A stretch of DNA of 64,000 nt from IMG/VR virus record IMGVR_UViG_3300010412_000006; one strand, given 5' to 3'. Positions 18,646-35,504 of this stretch are shown one piece after another; position 1 is the first letter of the stretch, and each line of letters starts with the position of its first letter. The DNA comes from an uncultured virus (IMG/VR IMGVR_UViG_3300010412_000006). Lineage: Duplodnaviria; Heunggongvirae; Uroviricota; Caudoviricetes. Made by a program: the position numbers and the translations under genes. The notes below the pieces were generated by a model. The model was not told the DNA's origin, did not search any database, and saw only the letters and a list, made by a program, of their open reading frames with translations.

Positions 18646-21123
18646 GTGAACAAAAAAGTCACTCTGTTCAATTTCGACGGGTCACCCAACAAGACCTACG
18701 AAATCACCATGGAAAGGGGTTCCGACTCGGGATCCGAACCGATAAAGCAGACCGTAGGCCACCAGATCATCGTCGTCGACAGGTCCGGCTCCATGTGGGG
18801 CGACATCGAAGCACTCAAGGACACCATCATCAAGGTGCTTACGCTTAACGAGTTTGCAGATAGCGAAATGCTCGTGTCGCTTGTGTCTTATTCGTCAGAA
18901 GGAGACGTCTCGCTGCATTTCGAGAGGGTCCCCGTTTCCCAGGTAATGAAGGCCGGATCGGAGCACCTGCAGGAAATAAAGAGGATAAGGGCAACCTATC
19001 TCACGTGCATCTCGCAGGCCATGGAAGTGGCCGAAGGCCTCATCGACGACGATGAGACGACAGGAATAATACTGCATAGCGACGGTTACGCAAATGACCC
19101 GTCGCCGCGTTACGAGCGCGATCGTCTCGAGGCCGTGTGTCGCAGGATTTCCGAGAGGAACGTATTCGTCAACACCATCGCGTATTCCAACTACTCCGAC
19201 TTCACGCTTCTTGCGAGACTGTCGGGAATGGTATCTGGATCATGCGTCAAGGCCACTGACACCAGGACGGTTTACGAGACAATACAGGAATCGTGTTCGA
19301 TGCTTGCCCAAGGGAGGTCGTCCTCCGTCGAAATAGATTCAAAGGGGGCCGACTACACACTGTTCGTGTGCAAGGATCCGAGAAAGGTCGTAGGGGCCGA
19401 AGGAAGCATGACCGTAAGAGGAGTTTCCGACAGCGACTACATCGTCTTCAGAATGAAGGAGACCAAAACCGATGGGTCATTCGTGGCCGACGACACCCTA
19501 TCCATGATGTGCATGTACGCCTTCGCCGTGGCAAAGCTGTCGGAAGGCAACATAAACACATCCAAGAAAGCTCTGATGTCGTCAAGGAACAGGACACTGA
19601 CGGAAAGGCACGTCAAGGCCCTGACACCGAATCACTTGGCGAACATGGCGTCGGACATCGAATTCGCCATATTCGACGCGTCTTCGACGATGTTCGAGTA
19701 TTACGATCGTCCTTGTCTAGAGACCGGAAAATGCAGCATCCTCGACCTCGCCACGGTCCTTGACGAGAACAGGGGCGACATGCTCCTCAACATCTCCAAG
19801 GTCAAGTCCGGGTACAAGCGGCGCGGACTTAAAAAGACCGCAGGAAAGCGCGAAAAGGACGGGTCCGTAACCGTACCCGACGTCGATGTAGAAATAATAG
19901 ACGACGGCGACTTCATCAAGATGGGGTCGTTCGACATAAACCGCGATTCAGCAACCATAAACATGCAGGTGGAAAGAAACGCGAGGATGGTCGAACGGAA
20001 TTCCGGAAAGGCCATTCCCGAAGTCGCGGGAATCCTTCTCAACAACCTGAAGGACTACAAGAAGTACACGATCGTCGGAGACGGAGAAATCAATATCGAC
20101 TCGCTGTTCGTGAAATTCTCGACAAAGGCAGCGTTCGAGGCGGTGAAGGGACTTGGAGTCATAGACGGACAGTATTCCCATACTACCGAGTATGAGATAC
20201 AGCTGTCGGAACTTCCGGTGTCAAGACTGTCGTTCGACGGAGGAATTCCTGTTGGGACATTCCGCAAGCTGGCCGTGCTGAACATCGCTGGAAGAATCCT
20301 GAACAGCCTTTCCGCAGGAAAGTCTTCGGAATATTCCCAGGAACAGATCGAAGAGCTCAAGAGCCACTGCCTCAGCGACAGCCTGTACATCAACATTCCG
20401 ATGATGAACGAATACGACGACCTCGAGGAAGCCCTCAAGGACGGCTCCGTAGATTCTAGGGTGGCATACACCATATCGATCGGCAACAAGGATGTCCTGA
20501 ACGTCGGCAAGTTCAAGTCGGCCAATGCATTCGTCGAAAGGATGTACGAAGTGTGCGACAAGGACGGAAATCCGATACCGAAGCCGAAGATGTCGGACAT
20601 CTTCTTCGATCCGAAGGTCTCGATCGAACACAAGGTGCTTTCGTCAAGGACCAAGGTCACGGCGGCAGACGAGATGCAGAAGGAGATCTACGACGAGATG
20701 TTAGGCTTAACGGAGCCCTCCATACTTGACGAGATCGGAGCCGTCATAGGGGTTCCGGGAATGTCCGACATAGTTGCCGTCTCGAAGAGCGACCAGAAGG
20801 ACGTCGACAAGCTGGTAGCCATCATCGAGAGTGCCAGGAGGGCCGTGGCGTCTGCAGAGAGAAGAGAGTGGGCGAACTCGGTAAGTCCCATAGTCTTCTA
20901 CATCGGATCGACAGGGATGATTCCAGACGGCATCGGAGCAATGGCCATGGACGCCGAGGAAATAGCGGAGAAATACCCAGATCTAGGACTCTCAAAGAGT
21001 GAAAAAGAGGGAACTTTCTTCGAAGTCGGAGACAGCATCATTTCCGTTTATTCGGAAAAATCCTACTTCTCCACCGGCAAGAAAGTGGAAAAAGAGGACC
21101 AAGTGCAGACTGCGACAGCATAG
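18646..21123 (+). CDS. von Willebrand factor type A (vWA) domain protein
   Basis: IIVVDRSGSM (MIDAS DxSxS) and ILHSDGYAND; GTG start with strong RBS. Confidence 0.85.
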   Translation: MNKKVTLFNFDGSPNKTYEITMERGSDSGSEPIKQTVGHQIIVVDRSGSMWGDIEALKDTIIKVLTLNEFADSEMLVSLVSYSSEGDVSLHFERVPVSQVMKAGSEHLQEIKRIRATYLTCISQAMEVAEGLIDDDETTGIILHSDGYANDPSPRYERDRLEAVCRRISERNVFVNTIAYSNYSDFTLLARLSGMVSGSCVKATDTRTVYETIQESCSMLAQGRSSSVEIDSKGADYTLFVCKDPRKVVGAEGSMTVRGVSDSDYIVFRMKETKTDGSFVADDTLSMMCMYAFAVAKLSEGNINTSKKALMSSRNRTLTERHVKALTPNHLANMASDIEFAIFDASSTMFEYYDRPCLETGKCSILDLATVLDENRGDMLLNISKVKSGYKRRGLKKTAGKREKDGSVTVPDVDVEIIDDGDFIKMGSFDINRDSATINMQVERNARMVERNSGKAIPEVAGILLNNLKDYKKYTIVGDGEINIDSLFVKFSTKAAFEAVKGLGVIDGQYSHTTEYEIQLSELPVSRLSFDGGIPVGTFRKLAVLNIAGRILNSLSAGKSSEYSQEQIEELKSHCLSDSLYINIPMMNEYDDLEEALKDGSVDSRVAYTISIGNKDVLNVGKFKSANAFVERMYEVCDKDGNPIPKPKMSDIFFDPKVSIEHKVLSSRTKVTAADEMQKEIYDEMLGLTEPSILDEIGAVIGVPGMSDIVAVSKSDQKDVDKLVAIIESARRAVASAERREWANSVSPIVFYIGSTGMIPDGIGAMAMDAEEIAEKYPDLGLSKSEKEGTFFEVGDSIISVYSEKSYFSTGKKVEKEDQVQTATA

Positions 21124-21130
21124 TCAAGAT

Positions 21131-21168
21131 CAAGGGGGCCGTCATTTTTGGCGGCCTCCTTGTCATTT
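21131..21168 (+). terminator. Probable intrinsic terminator
   Basis: CAAGGGGGCCGTCA-tttt-TGGCGGCCTCCTTG stem-loop just after the vWA stop; the U-tract is weak. Confidence 0.55.
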
Positions 21169-21184
21169 AAACGGAGAGACGATC

Positions 21185-21529
21185 ATGATAAAATACATAA
21201 GAGACGGGGACAATGCGGGGAAAGTCATCACATGGGAAGTCATGACGGTCAGTGGCATAAGCGCCCCGGCGCTGTCGGGGATGGCGAAAGGGATGATACC
21301 AATAATAGACGCCGACATAGAGAGACTGAAAGCTGATAGGATAGGGAGAGAAAACCATGGAGGCACGAGAACGGTGGAAAACTATCCACGATGCGACATC
21401 AGCAGGCTAAAGGTAAAGTCGGCAGGCGACTACATATCGCTGTCGTATTCGATTGTTATAAACAGGTTTTCAGGAAGGGATACGGAATTTCTCGGAGAAA
21501 TTGGTTTCATCGACATAGTGGACCGATAA
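21185..21529 (+). CDS. Hypothetical protein
   Basis: Start moved to the ATG at 21185 following GGAG. Confidence 0.6.
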   Translation: MIKYIRDGDNAGKVITWEVMTVSGISAPALSGMAKGMIPIIDADIERLKADRIGRENHGGTRTVENYPRCDISRLKVKSAGDYISLSYSIVINRFSGRDTEFLGEIGFIDIVDR

Positions 21530-21532
21530 AAG

Positions 21533-21562
21533 AGGACTGAGGAGGATCATGGAAGAAATATC
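21533..21562 (+). promoter_or_regulatory. AGG-N19-GAA candidate promoter
   Basis: AGG(21533)-19 nt-GAAATATC upstream of 21607. Confidence 0.45.
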
Positions 21563-21606
21563 TTTCATGTAACAGCTGTTCCAATACCGGAATTAAGATT
21601 CTGATC

Positions 21607-22209
21607 ATGAAAGACGTCAATAAGATATTGTCGGCAAGCATAGGCAGAGCCGTGTGTGCCTCGATGATGGGGGGCATAGATGTTCCCGACCCGAAGTCCG
21701 TAGGGGGGCCTTTGTATCACGGGACGTGCATGTCGAGAGGAGAGGGGGCGTTCGACGCCCTTCGGAGCGACATGTCAGAATTCAATGCCCTGTGGGTATC
21801 GCCGAACGAAACGATATCCGAGACATTTGCCATGAACAGGTGCAATGTCGGCGACGGCGGAATACCAGTTGTCTACATGACAATGCACAATGTCCAGAGA
21901 GCCTTGCCGCTTGACAGGCATGTCACAGAAGAGCTCATGGATGCGTTCGGAGTAAATGGAGACCCGAGGGAACTGATACCTCACATGGAAAGGGCTGGAT
22001 ACGACGGATGGATAACGATGGGCTCATTGGACACGGAAATGTACATAGACATAGCCATCTTCAAGAGCAGCGTCCAGATAGACAAGATGAAGGTATTCAC
22101 GAACAACGGATGGACCGACTTCTTCGAACCTGAAGAATATCACAATGTGGTTTCAAATAAGATGGAAAGCGATCATCTCGAAAGATTCACGAGGCCAATA
22201 TACCCATGA
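21607..22209 (+). CDS. ADP-ribosyltransferase-like (ART-PolyVal type) protein
   Basis: PLYHGT...F...LWVSPNETISETFA...VY...AGYDGWI...IAIF. Confidence 0.65.
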   Translation: MKDVNKILSASIGRAVCASMMGGIDVPDPKSVGGPLYHGTCMSRGEGAFDALRSDMSEFNALWVSPNETISETFAMNRCNVGDGGIPVVYMTMHNVQRALPLDRHVTEELMDAFGVNGDPRELIPHMERAGYDGWITMGSLDTEMYIDIAIFKSSVQIDKMKVFTNNGWTDFFEPEEYHNVVSNKMESDHLERFTRPIYP

Positions 22210-22886
22210 AGATAATAGGAAACAGTGACGGATGGGAATTTTCAGACTGCGACAACATGATGAACATGTCTCTCGCCGAGAAAATACTTTCTTCGGTGCC
22301 GGACGGAAGGATGACGAAGACGGCATCGGTCGGGAATGACGTGCTCAAGGCGTTTGCCGCCGCCCTAGAGGGAATGGGCGTCAAGGCAAACATAGACATC
22401 GGTGAACTCCTCAAGAGACTGTCATCTTCAGAATCTATGGAGAAGACAGCTTCCGAAAAGGACGGAAGCAGGGAAGGAACTATAAAAATAGCCTCCAAGA
22501 AAGTCGAGGATTCGCACTATTTCATAGACGTGTCAAAGGACTCCATAAACAAGAAGGGAAAATCCCTCATACTCGTCAGCGCCTACATGAGGGAAGGATA
22601 TCTCGGAAGGTACATGATCAAAAGAAACTATTTCTTCCTGGCCGACAACGATTCGGAAGCCGACCAGACTTTTGACGAGCTTACATCCAAAGCCAATAGG
22701 ATAAAAAGGCGCTACTATGAGGATAAGATAGGAATAAATGAAATCTTCACAGAAATGAAAGCCGCCATGGACGCAGCCCGTGGGGACCTCGAGTTCGAAG
22801 AAGAGGAGAGAGCCGGTACGACGGTCTACAGGAGTAAGGAGTCTGGACATGATCTTGCGGGCCCTTCATACATCAGGAACTCTTGA
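22206..22886 (+). CDS. Hypothetical protein with three K-x-A-S motifs
   Basis: KTASVG, KTASEK, KIASKK; ATGA overlap. Confidence 0.7.
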   Translation: MKIIGNSDGWEFSDCDNMMNMSLAEKILSSVPDGRMTKTASVGNDVLKAFAAALEGMGVKANIDIGELLKRLSSSESMEKTASEKDGSREGTIKIASKKVEDSHYFIDVSKDSINKKGKSLILVSAYMREGYLGRYMIKRNYFFLADNDSEADQTFDELTSKANRIKRRYYEDKIGINEIFTEMKAAMDAARGDLEFEEEERAGTTVYRSKESGHDLAGPSYIRNS

Positions 22887-23853
22887 CATAAGCAGCCAGG
22901 AGCAACTTCAAGTCTACAACGAAATGGAGCCGTTCAGACTGTCGCTCAAGCCCGGACAGGTTGTGGAAATTGAAGACCACTGGCGTAAGCTGAAGAACAT
23001 CCACAACGCGATAAATGCGGGTCTTCTGGAGGTGGTGGCATATGACTATGCCAACATTGGAGAAGAAGTCACCCATGCAGAACTCACGGAAGTTCTTGCT
23101 GCGTATACTCCGGGTGGTAACGGATATGCTTCAAGCGTCAAGCTTGAATTGAGCGAATATCCACTTGAGACGCCGGGCCCTGGAGTGAGAACATTTACAC
23201 TCCCAAATGCACATGTATATGAAGACGGATCTGTAAGGCTCATATTGAACGGACAAACACTGCCCGACACTGACATACTGGAAAATGCCGGCAACATGTC
23301 TGTCACACTGGCTCCCGGAATCCCCACTCCGAAGTCGGACGATGTCGTCGTCCTTAGTTACCTCAGGACGGTTCTCCCTGTCGAAAACGGCGAATATGCA
23401 CAGGAAGCCCCGGACGGCGTCAACAGAACGTTTACCCTGATAAATGGAGATTCATTTGCAGACGGTAATGTCGGTGTCATGATAAACGGAATATTCATAA
23501 ATCCATCATATGTGACTCCGGCGACAGACGGATTCAGCGTGACAATAGATCCTCCGCAGGCGGCCCCTGCCGATACAGACATAGTAAACCTCATGTATTC
23601 GAGGATAGAAGGGTATCCAATAGCCATAAATGTCTATTCGGTAGAGCAACCGGACGGTTCAAGGAGAACATTTACAGTTCCAAACGGAGATATATACTTG
23701 AAAGGCGATGTGGAACTGCTGATAAACGGGCAGAGATTGCCTGAAAATGATTTTGTTGAAAACGCCAACAGGACGGCAGTCACGCTTGCCACCGGAATAC
23801 CTACACCTTCGGCAGGGGATGTGACAACATTCATATATCTTAAGCAAGTATAG
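22849..23853 (+). CDS. Virion structural protein with three ~75-aa beta repeats
   Basis: Start moved to the ATG at 22849 (AAGGAG); 3 x E.P[DG]...RTFT[LV].N.....G.V....NG......VT......P...D.V...Y. Confidence 0.65.
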   Translation: MILRALHTSGTLDISSQEQLQVYNEMEPFRLSLKPGQVVEIEDHWRKLKNIHNAINAGLLEVVAYDYANIGEEVTHAELTEVLAAYTPGGNGYASSVKLELSEYPLETPGPGVRTFTLPNAHVYEDGSVRLILNGQTLPDTDILENAGNMSVTLAPGIPTPKSDDVVVLSYLRTVLPVENGEYAQEAPDGVNRTFTLINGDSFADGNVGVMINGIFINPSYVTPATDGFSVTIDPPQAAPADTDIVNLMYSRIEGYPIAINVYSVEQPDGSRRTFTVPNGDIYLKGDVELLINGQRLPENDFVENANRTAVTLATGIPTPSAGDVTTFIYLKQV

Positions 23854-23860
23854 CCAACAA

Positions 23861-23890
23861 AGGAAATAAAATACCCCAGGCTGAATAAAA
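23861..23890 (+). promoter_or_regulatory. AGG-N19-GAA candidate promoter of the fibre operon
   Basis: AGG(23861)-19 nt-GAATAAAA; GGTATAAT shortly downstream. Confidence 0.6.
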
Positions 23891-23927
23891 CAAGGTATAA
23901 TATATTTATTCTTAAAGAGGGATATCG

Positions 23928-26579
23928 ATGACCACTTTCATCAGGCAAGACTCACAGATACGGAACAGCGACGACTATGACGATACGCTGGACATGGCCA
24001 ATGCCGAGAGCTCTGCCGAGACCATAGAGGACGATCTCAATTACATAAGGTCGCAACTCAAGATTCTCAGCGGCAGGAATGGATGGTCGGACGTCCTTCT
24101 TGACGATTTCAACATAACGTCCATACACGACAAGAGATTCATCTATTGGAATCTCAATGAAAATGTCGTTTCAGTTCCCGCCGCACAAAATTACGTCCTT
24201 CTTACTGGAACGGGAAAGCCCTCTGACAACATAGCCTATGGTGCAAGTTCGATAGGTGCCGCGTCAGCACAGCTTCCCGGAGCCGTCGGATCCAACAGCA
24301 CCGTCGTTTCGTCGAATTACGGAAATCTCCTGATGATAAGGAATGCCAGCACCAACGGGGCGATATACACGGCATCCTCAAGCGCGATTATATACGGACT
24401 TCTCCAAGTTGGTTCGGCGGCAACGGACGGAAATCCGTTCGGGGACGCCGGAGACGACCAGGGGCAGATATCGTTCGTCTACATGGATCCTTCAACGGAA
24501 ACTTTCGTGGCTGCAGAAATTTCTGACATTCAGGGACTGGATATACAGTATTCGTACAAGAACAGGGTGAATTTCTACAATATACCTGAATGGGCGTTCG
24601 ACACGTCAGTACAGCGCACAAGCAAGAGCTTCGACAATCCCGTTCTCGACTACATACAGCTCAATACTCTTGCCGGAGCACCGCCATACGCCGAAGGAAG
24701 ATTGTTCTACGACAACGTCAATAAGGCCTTGGGATTCTACAACGACGAAGCCGATTCGACTGCACAGATACCGTACGAGAGCTGGTTCAGAGGAAGAAAC
24801 GAGACAGGATTCTTGATACCAAATGGAACTGCCGTGTATCAGGGACCAGTTCATATTCCAACAGGAATTCCAACAATAATACCGGCCAATGCATCATCAT
24901 TGGAGACATGCGAGACATTTGTAGGAATAACGACCCACAGCGTCGAAAACGAAAGTAATGGGATCGTCGTCACCAGGGGAACGCTTCGTGATTACGACAC
25001 AGATACTCCAACATGGTCGTCGGGAGACGCCCTATGGCTTGGCACATCAGACGGAGAGCTTACGAATGTGCGCCCAGCCATACCAAATCAAGCTATAAGA
25101 GTTGGCGTTGTTGGTATAATCGATCCAGCAAACGGAACCATAGATGTCAGGGCGGGGTGGCCAAGAACACAGAGTGCGGAAGATATAGCATTCCCATATG
25201 TCGGAAGCGTTACGCACGTAGACAATCTTGCCGAAGCCATAAACCATATATGGTCGTCGGCCTCTCTTGGCGGATTCGACATCGATTCAGACAAGGGCGA
25301 TGGAACTGTAGACTTGACGGCCGGCGACGTCATTCTCAGGTCGGTTGATTCTACAGACTCGCCGATTGTGGCATACCATATCGATGCGACGGTGGATCTC
25401 GCAATACCGGCGAACGATCAATCGTTCATATATATAGACTATCACGGCGGTACTCCGACGGTAATGACGACGACCGATCCGACCACCATAGACGGAAGGA
25501 CGGAAGTGCCTATATGGATGGTAACAAGAGTTGTTGACGGAGTTATTGGCGATGTCATACATGTTGTTGACTTGAGAGAATATAGCTCAGACTTTGCCTA
25601 TCGACAGAGCAAAGAAAGCTTCTACACGAGGGGATTCCAGCATGTCCCCGGCGGATCGGCAGTTTCCCATGCGGGGACGAGGAATCTTATCGTCACGGCA
25701 GGATCTTTCTATATCGTCGGAAAGGAACAGACGCATATAGCCTTTAATACGACGGTGGCTGGAACAGCCAACGCTAACGTGTTCATGACGGCATATTACA
25801 ACGGGTCAGCATGGGTAAGGACAATCAACCAGAAGCAGCTGAGCAACACCCAGTATAATAACATTGCAAGCGGTTTGGTGGCCATTTCTAACAACAAGTT
25901 CGCCGTCCATTGGATATACATAACGCTTAACGACCCGTCACAGCTCGTCTCTCTTTATGGTCAGGCGGAATATGCTACCCTCAGTGATGCCCAAGCTGCC
26001 AAGGCTCCAAGCCTCCTGCCACCTGAACTTCAGACATACTCGACGGGGCAGCTCATAGCCAAGGTAATAGTCCAGCAGGGCGTTGTGTCGCCGTTTTCCG
26101 ACATACAGACGCCATTCGAGACAGGCCTTATAAGCACAACTACGCCGATGCACAACAATCTTTCAGGATTGCAGGGCGGCACGTCTCCAAACGAATATTA
26201 TCACTTGACGAGCACGCAGTACGGCAACATGACGGACGGTGCCGACTATGTCAATTTCTCGGCTGGAAGAAACGCCATCGCCACCAATGTCTATCTTAGG
26301 GGCCCAGACGGAACCCCGACGAACCTGGCAGGCTTTGTCATTCCATTTAATGCAACCATAGTGAGAATAACCGCAGCGACGCAGGGTGCCGAGACATGGA
26401 CTGCGGAAGTGAGAAAGAACAACGATCCGACGGTGATAGCTTCGCTGGCGATGACAACGGCGACAGGAATCAGCACGCTTTTGAGTGTAAATGTGAATGC
26501 CGGAGACGAAATACAGATGTACTGCAACGGCACGGCAATAAGTTATCCAGTAGTGACGGTTTACCTGAAACGGAGATAG
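23928..26579 (+). CDS. Multi-domain tail/fibre structural protein
   Basis: 883 aa, beta-rich; [10 protein letters not shown]...EYYHLT motif typical of phage fibres; first gene of the fibre operon. Confidence 0.65.
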   Translation: MTTFIRQDSQIRNSDDYDDTLDMANAESSAETIEDDLNYIRSQLKILSGRNGWSDVLLDDFNITSIHDKRFIYWNLNENVVSVPAAQNYVLLTGTGKPSDNIAYGASSIGAASAQLPGAVGSNSTVVSSNYGNLLMIRNASTNGAIYTASSSAIIYGLLQVGSAATDGNPFGDAGDDQGQISFVYMDPSTETFVAAEISDIQGLDIQYSYKNRVNFYNIPEWAFDTSVQRTSKSFDNPVLDYIQLNTLAGAPPYAEGRLFYDNVNKALGFYNDEADSTAQIPYESWFRGRNETGFLIPNGTAVYQGPVHIPTGIPTIIPANASSLETCETFVGITTHSVENESNGIVVTRGTLRDYDTDTPTWSSGDALWLGTSDGELTNVRPAIPNQAIRVGVVGIIDPANGTIDVRAGWPRTQSAEDIAFPYVGSVTHVDNLAEAINHIWSSASLGGFDIDSDKGDGTVDLTAGDVILRSVDSTDSPIVAYHIDATVDLAIPANDQSFIYIDYHGGTPTVMTTTDPTTIDGRTEVPIWMVTRVVDGVIGDVIHVVDLREYSSDFAYRQSKESFYTRGFQHVPGGSAVSHAGTRNLIVTAGSFYIVGKEQTHIAFNTTVAGTANANVFMTAYYNGSAWVRTINQKQLSNTQYNNIASGLVAISNNKFAVHWIYITLNDPSQLVSLYGQAEYATLSDAQAAKAPSLLPPELQTYSTGQLIAKVIVQQGVVSPFSDIQTPFETGLISTTTPMHNNLSGLQGGTSPNEYYHLTSTQYGNMTDGADYVNFSAGRNAIATNVYLRGPDGTPTNLAGFVIPFNATIVRITAATQGAETWTAEVRKNNDPTVIASLAMTTATGISTLLSVNVNAGDEIQMYCNGTAISYPVVTVYLKRR

Positions 26580-26580
26580 T

Positions 26581-33009
<6,429 letters not shown>

Positions 33010-33021
33010 AAGGAGGGTCTA

Positions 33022-33909
33022 ATGGCACTGAATATAGTTAGATACTCCAATCTTGATGATAGGTTCGTTCGTGACGCATGGACACCTTCTGATATTTCCA
33101 CAGCGGCATGGTATGATGCCTCCGACACAGGTACTATTACGGAAAGTAGCGGATTAGTTAGCCAATGGGATGATAAGAGTGGTAACGGAAATCATGTTAC
33201 ACAGGAAACTGGATCACATCAACCTGTTTCAGGTACTAGAATGTTAAATGGCTTGAATACACTTGATTTTGATGGCTCTGATGATCGGCTTGTGAATACT
33301 TCTGGAGCTTCTTCATTATTTCCAGTGAACACGCTCTGTCATGTCTTTGTAGTAGTGCAGTATGACAGTAATACTAACGGAAATATTGTAGTATACGGCA
33401 AGGATGGGACAGCAGGTCTTCAAAACGGTAATACGTATGACGGGTACGGTCTTACTACTGGGTTTGAAGCCCATATAGATTCCGACAGAAATACGTTTGG
33501 CGTTGGAACATTTTTGCAGGATGGGGGTTCTACTAGTAGGGCGTTGGCAGACACACCGCAGGGCGTTTCAATAACGAATCCCACCTTGCAATATGGACTA
33601 TTTGACAGAGCCGCCGTCAACGTTTATGTGGAGGCTTGGGAAAACGGGGTACTTGGAGACTCTGGTAGTGGCACAGGAGCATCCGATACCGTAGCAACGA
33701 CATTTATTCTAGGTGGTAACGGTTCAACAGATACTAATCTTACAAGATGTCTTAACGGTATACTGGGAGAAGTGTGTATAATAACTGGAATATTGAGTAT
33801 TAAAACTCGTCAGAAAATAGAAGGTTATTTAGCATGGAAGTGGGGGCTCTATGCCAATCTCCCATCCACCCATCCATGGAAAACCGCACCCCCGGTAAAT
33901 GGAGCTTAA
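33022..33909 (+). CDS. LamG/ConA-like putative adhesin, paralog 1
   Basis: WTPSD..AWYDASD...VSQWDDKSGN ... RQKIEGYLAWKWGL..NLP..HPWK.APP; AGGAGG RBS. Confidence 0.75.
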   Translation: MALNIVRYSNLDDRFVRDAWTPSDISTAAWYDASDTGTITESSGLVSQWDDKSGNGNHVTQETGSHQPVSGTRMLNGLNTLDFDGSDDRLVNTSGASSLFPVNTLCHVFVVVQYDSNTNGNIVVYGKDGTAGLQNGNTYDGYGLTTGFEAHIDSDRNTFGVGTFLQDGGSTSRALADTPQGVSITNPTLQYGLFDRAAVNVYVEAWENGVLGDSGSGTGASDTVATTFILGGNGSTDTNLTRCLNGILGEVCIITGILSIKTRQKIEGYLAWKWGLYANLPSTHPWKTAPPVNGA

Positions 33910-33910
33910 C

Positions 33911-34675
33911 ATGGCAAGAAACATAATATACTACTCGCACCTTCAAGACCAGATCAAGGAATCATGGACGCCGTCCGACATATCCACCTATTCATGGTAT
34001 GACGCATCCGACTCCACCACTATAACGCATGTTGCCGGAGCGGTCAGCCAATGGAGCGACAAGAGCGGTAATTTACGACATGCAACGCAGGGAACCGGAT
34101 CGCTTCAGCCGACAACGGGGACAAGGACGATAAACGGACTAAACGCCATGAATTTCGACCCTACCGAATATCTCAATCTGTCTTCATTCAACTTCATGGG
34201 GAAGGAGTGCTACGCCGTCTTCGAGATGGACGCACTGGACGACTTCGAGGTTCTCGGTGCCAGCAGTAACACCCAGGTTTCTGCATGGACCCAGAATGGC
34301 ACCGTAAATCCACCGCGACTAAGGCTATGGGCTGGAAACATATATACCGCCGACACAAAAAGCACAAGCACGCTACCGATTAACCAGGTCCACATGGCAG
34401 GATGGCTTGCACACAGCCCAAAGCAGTACAGTGTAAACGGAACCTGGGAGAACAAGACAGATACTCCTACAGGATCAGCCTGTACCGTAAATGCCATAAT
34501 GCGTAATCAATATAATGATGGTCAGGACGGGATAATAGGCGAGATAATCGTCATGGATGGAGTTTCAGGAACAGAGAAACGACAGAAGATAGAAGGCTAC
34601 CTCGCATGGAAATGGGGATTGGTTTCCAAGCTTCCGTCAAATCATCCATATAAACTGGCACCGCCTACGGGGTAG
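33911..34675 (+). CDS. LamG/ConA-like putative adhesin, paralog 2
   Basis: Same conserved ends; start moved to MARNII (33911) after GGAG. Confidence 0.75.
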   Translation: MARNIIYYSHLQDQIKESWTPSDISTYSWYDASDSTTITHVAGAVSQWSDKSGNLRHATQGTGSLQPTTGTRTINGLNAMNFDPTEYLNLSSFNFMGKECYAVFEMDALDDFEVLGASSNTQVSAWTQNGTVNPPRLRLWAGNIYTADTKSTSTLPINQVHMAGWLAHSPKQYSVNGTWENKTDTPTGSACTVNAIMRNQYNDGQDGIIGEIIVMDGVSGTEKRQKIEGYLAWKWGLVSKLPSNHPYKLAPPTG

Positions 34676-34679
34676 AATC

Positions 34680-35420
34680 ATGTCGAAGAGCATAGTCACA
34701 TACTACAACGTCGAGGATCAGGTCAACAGCAAGTGGACTCCTGCTGACGACCTTACCAATTTCATTGCCTGGTACGATGCGGCTGATTCTTCTACGATAA
34801 CTGAATCCTCTGGTTCGGTAAGTCAATGGGATGACAAGAGTGGTAATTCAAGACACGCCACTCAGGGAACAGGAAGTAACCAGCCATTATATAGTGCGTC
34901 AGATTCTAAACTTAACGGATTGCCTACAATCGGGACAAATGCCCAGAAAAGATATCTCGATACTCCATCATTTTTGGCGAGGCGTATATATCTAGTAACT
35001 TACTATGATGATCCGGACGACACATTTGACTCTTTCAGGACATTAATTAGTGATCCTGACAATGACCCAAGATGGCAGGGCCAGAGCACCAGCAACCATT
35101 TTCAGACAGGTGCCATCGTTGGTATCAGTACCGTCTACAGGAATGGTGTTGCTCTCACAACAAATCAATCCGTGTTGCCGATGGGGCCGACTCAGTTCAT
35201 GTGCGAATGGGACGCCGACTATACGAATGTCTGGAGAATATTGGCCGGGCTTCAATCATATCATTACTGGGAATATGGTGCATTGGGAGAAGTTATTTTT
35301 ACAGACGGCACGGAAACGACCGCAAAACGACAAAGGTTAGAGGGGTATCTCGCATGGAAATGGGGATTGGTTTCCAATCTCCCGTCAGAACATCCCTACA
35401 AATCGGCCCCGCCATTGTAG
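34680..35420 (+). CDS. LamG/ConA-like putative adhesin, paralog 3
   Basis: Same conserved ends, different core. Confidence 0.75.
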   Translation: MSKSIVTYYNVEDQVNSKWTPADDLTNFIAWYDAADSSTITESSGSVSQWDDKSGNSRHATQGTGSNQPLYSASDSKLNGLPTIGTNAQKRYLDTPSFLARRIYLVTYYDDPDDTFDSFRTLISDPDNDPRWQGQSTSNHFQTGAIVGISTVYRNGVALTTNQSVLPMGPTQFMCEWDADYTNVWRILAGLQSYHYWEYGALGEVIFTDGTETTAKRQRLEGYLAWKWGLVSNLPSEHPYKSAPPL

Positions 35421-35436
35421 AATATATGAGCAATAG

Positions 35437-35468
35437 AGGATTTACGCCATGTTGAAATGGAATAATAA
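35437..35468 (+). promoter_or_regulatory. AGG-N20-GAAT near-match candidate promoter
   Basis: AGGATTT...GGAATAATA upstream of 35505. Confidence 0.5.
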
Positions 35469-35504
35469 GGATGAACCATTTTATGAATTCGCCAGAGGAA
35501 GATC

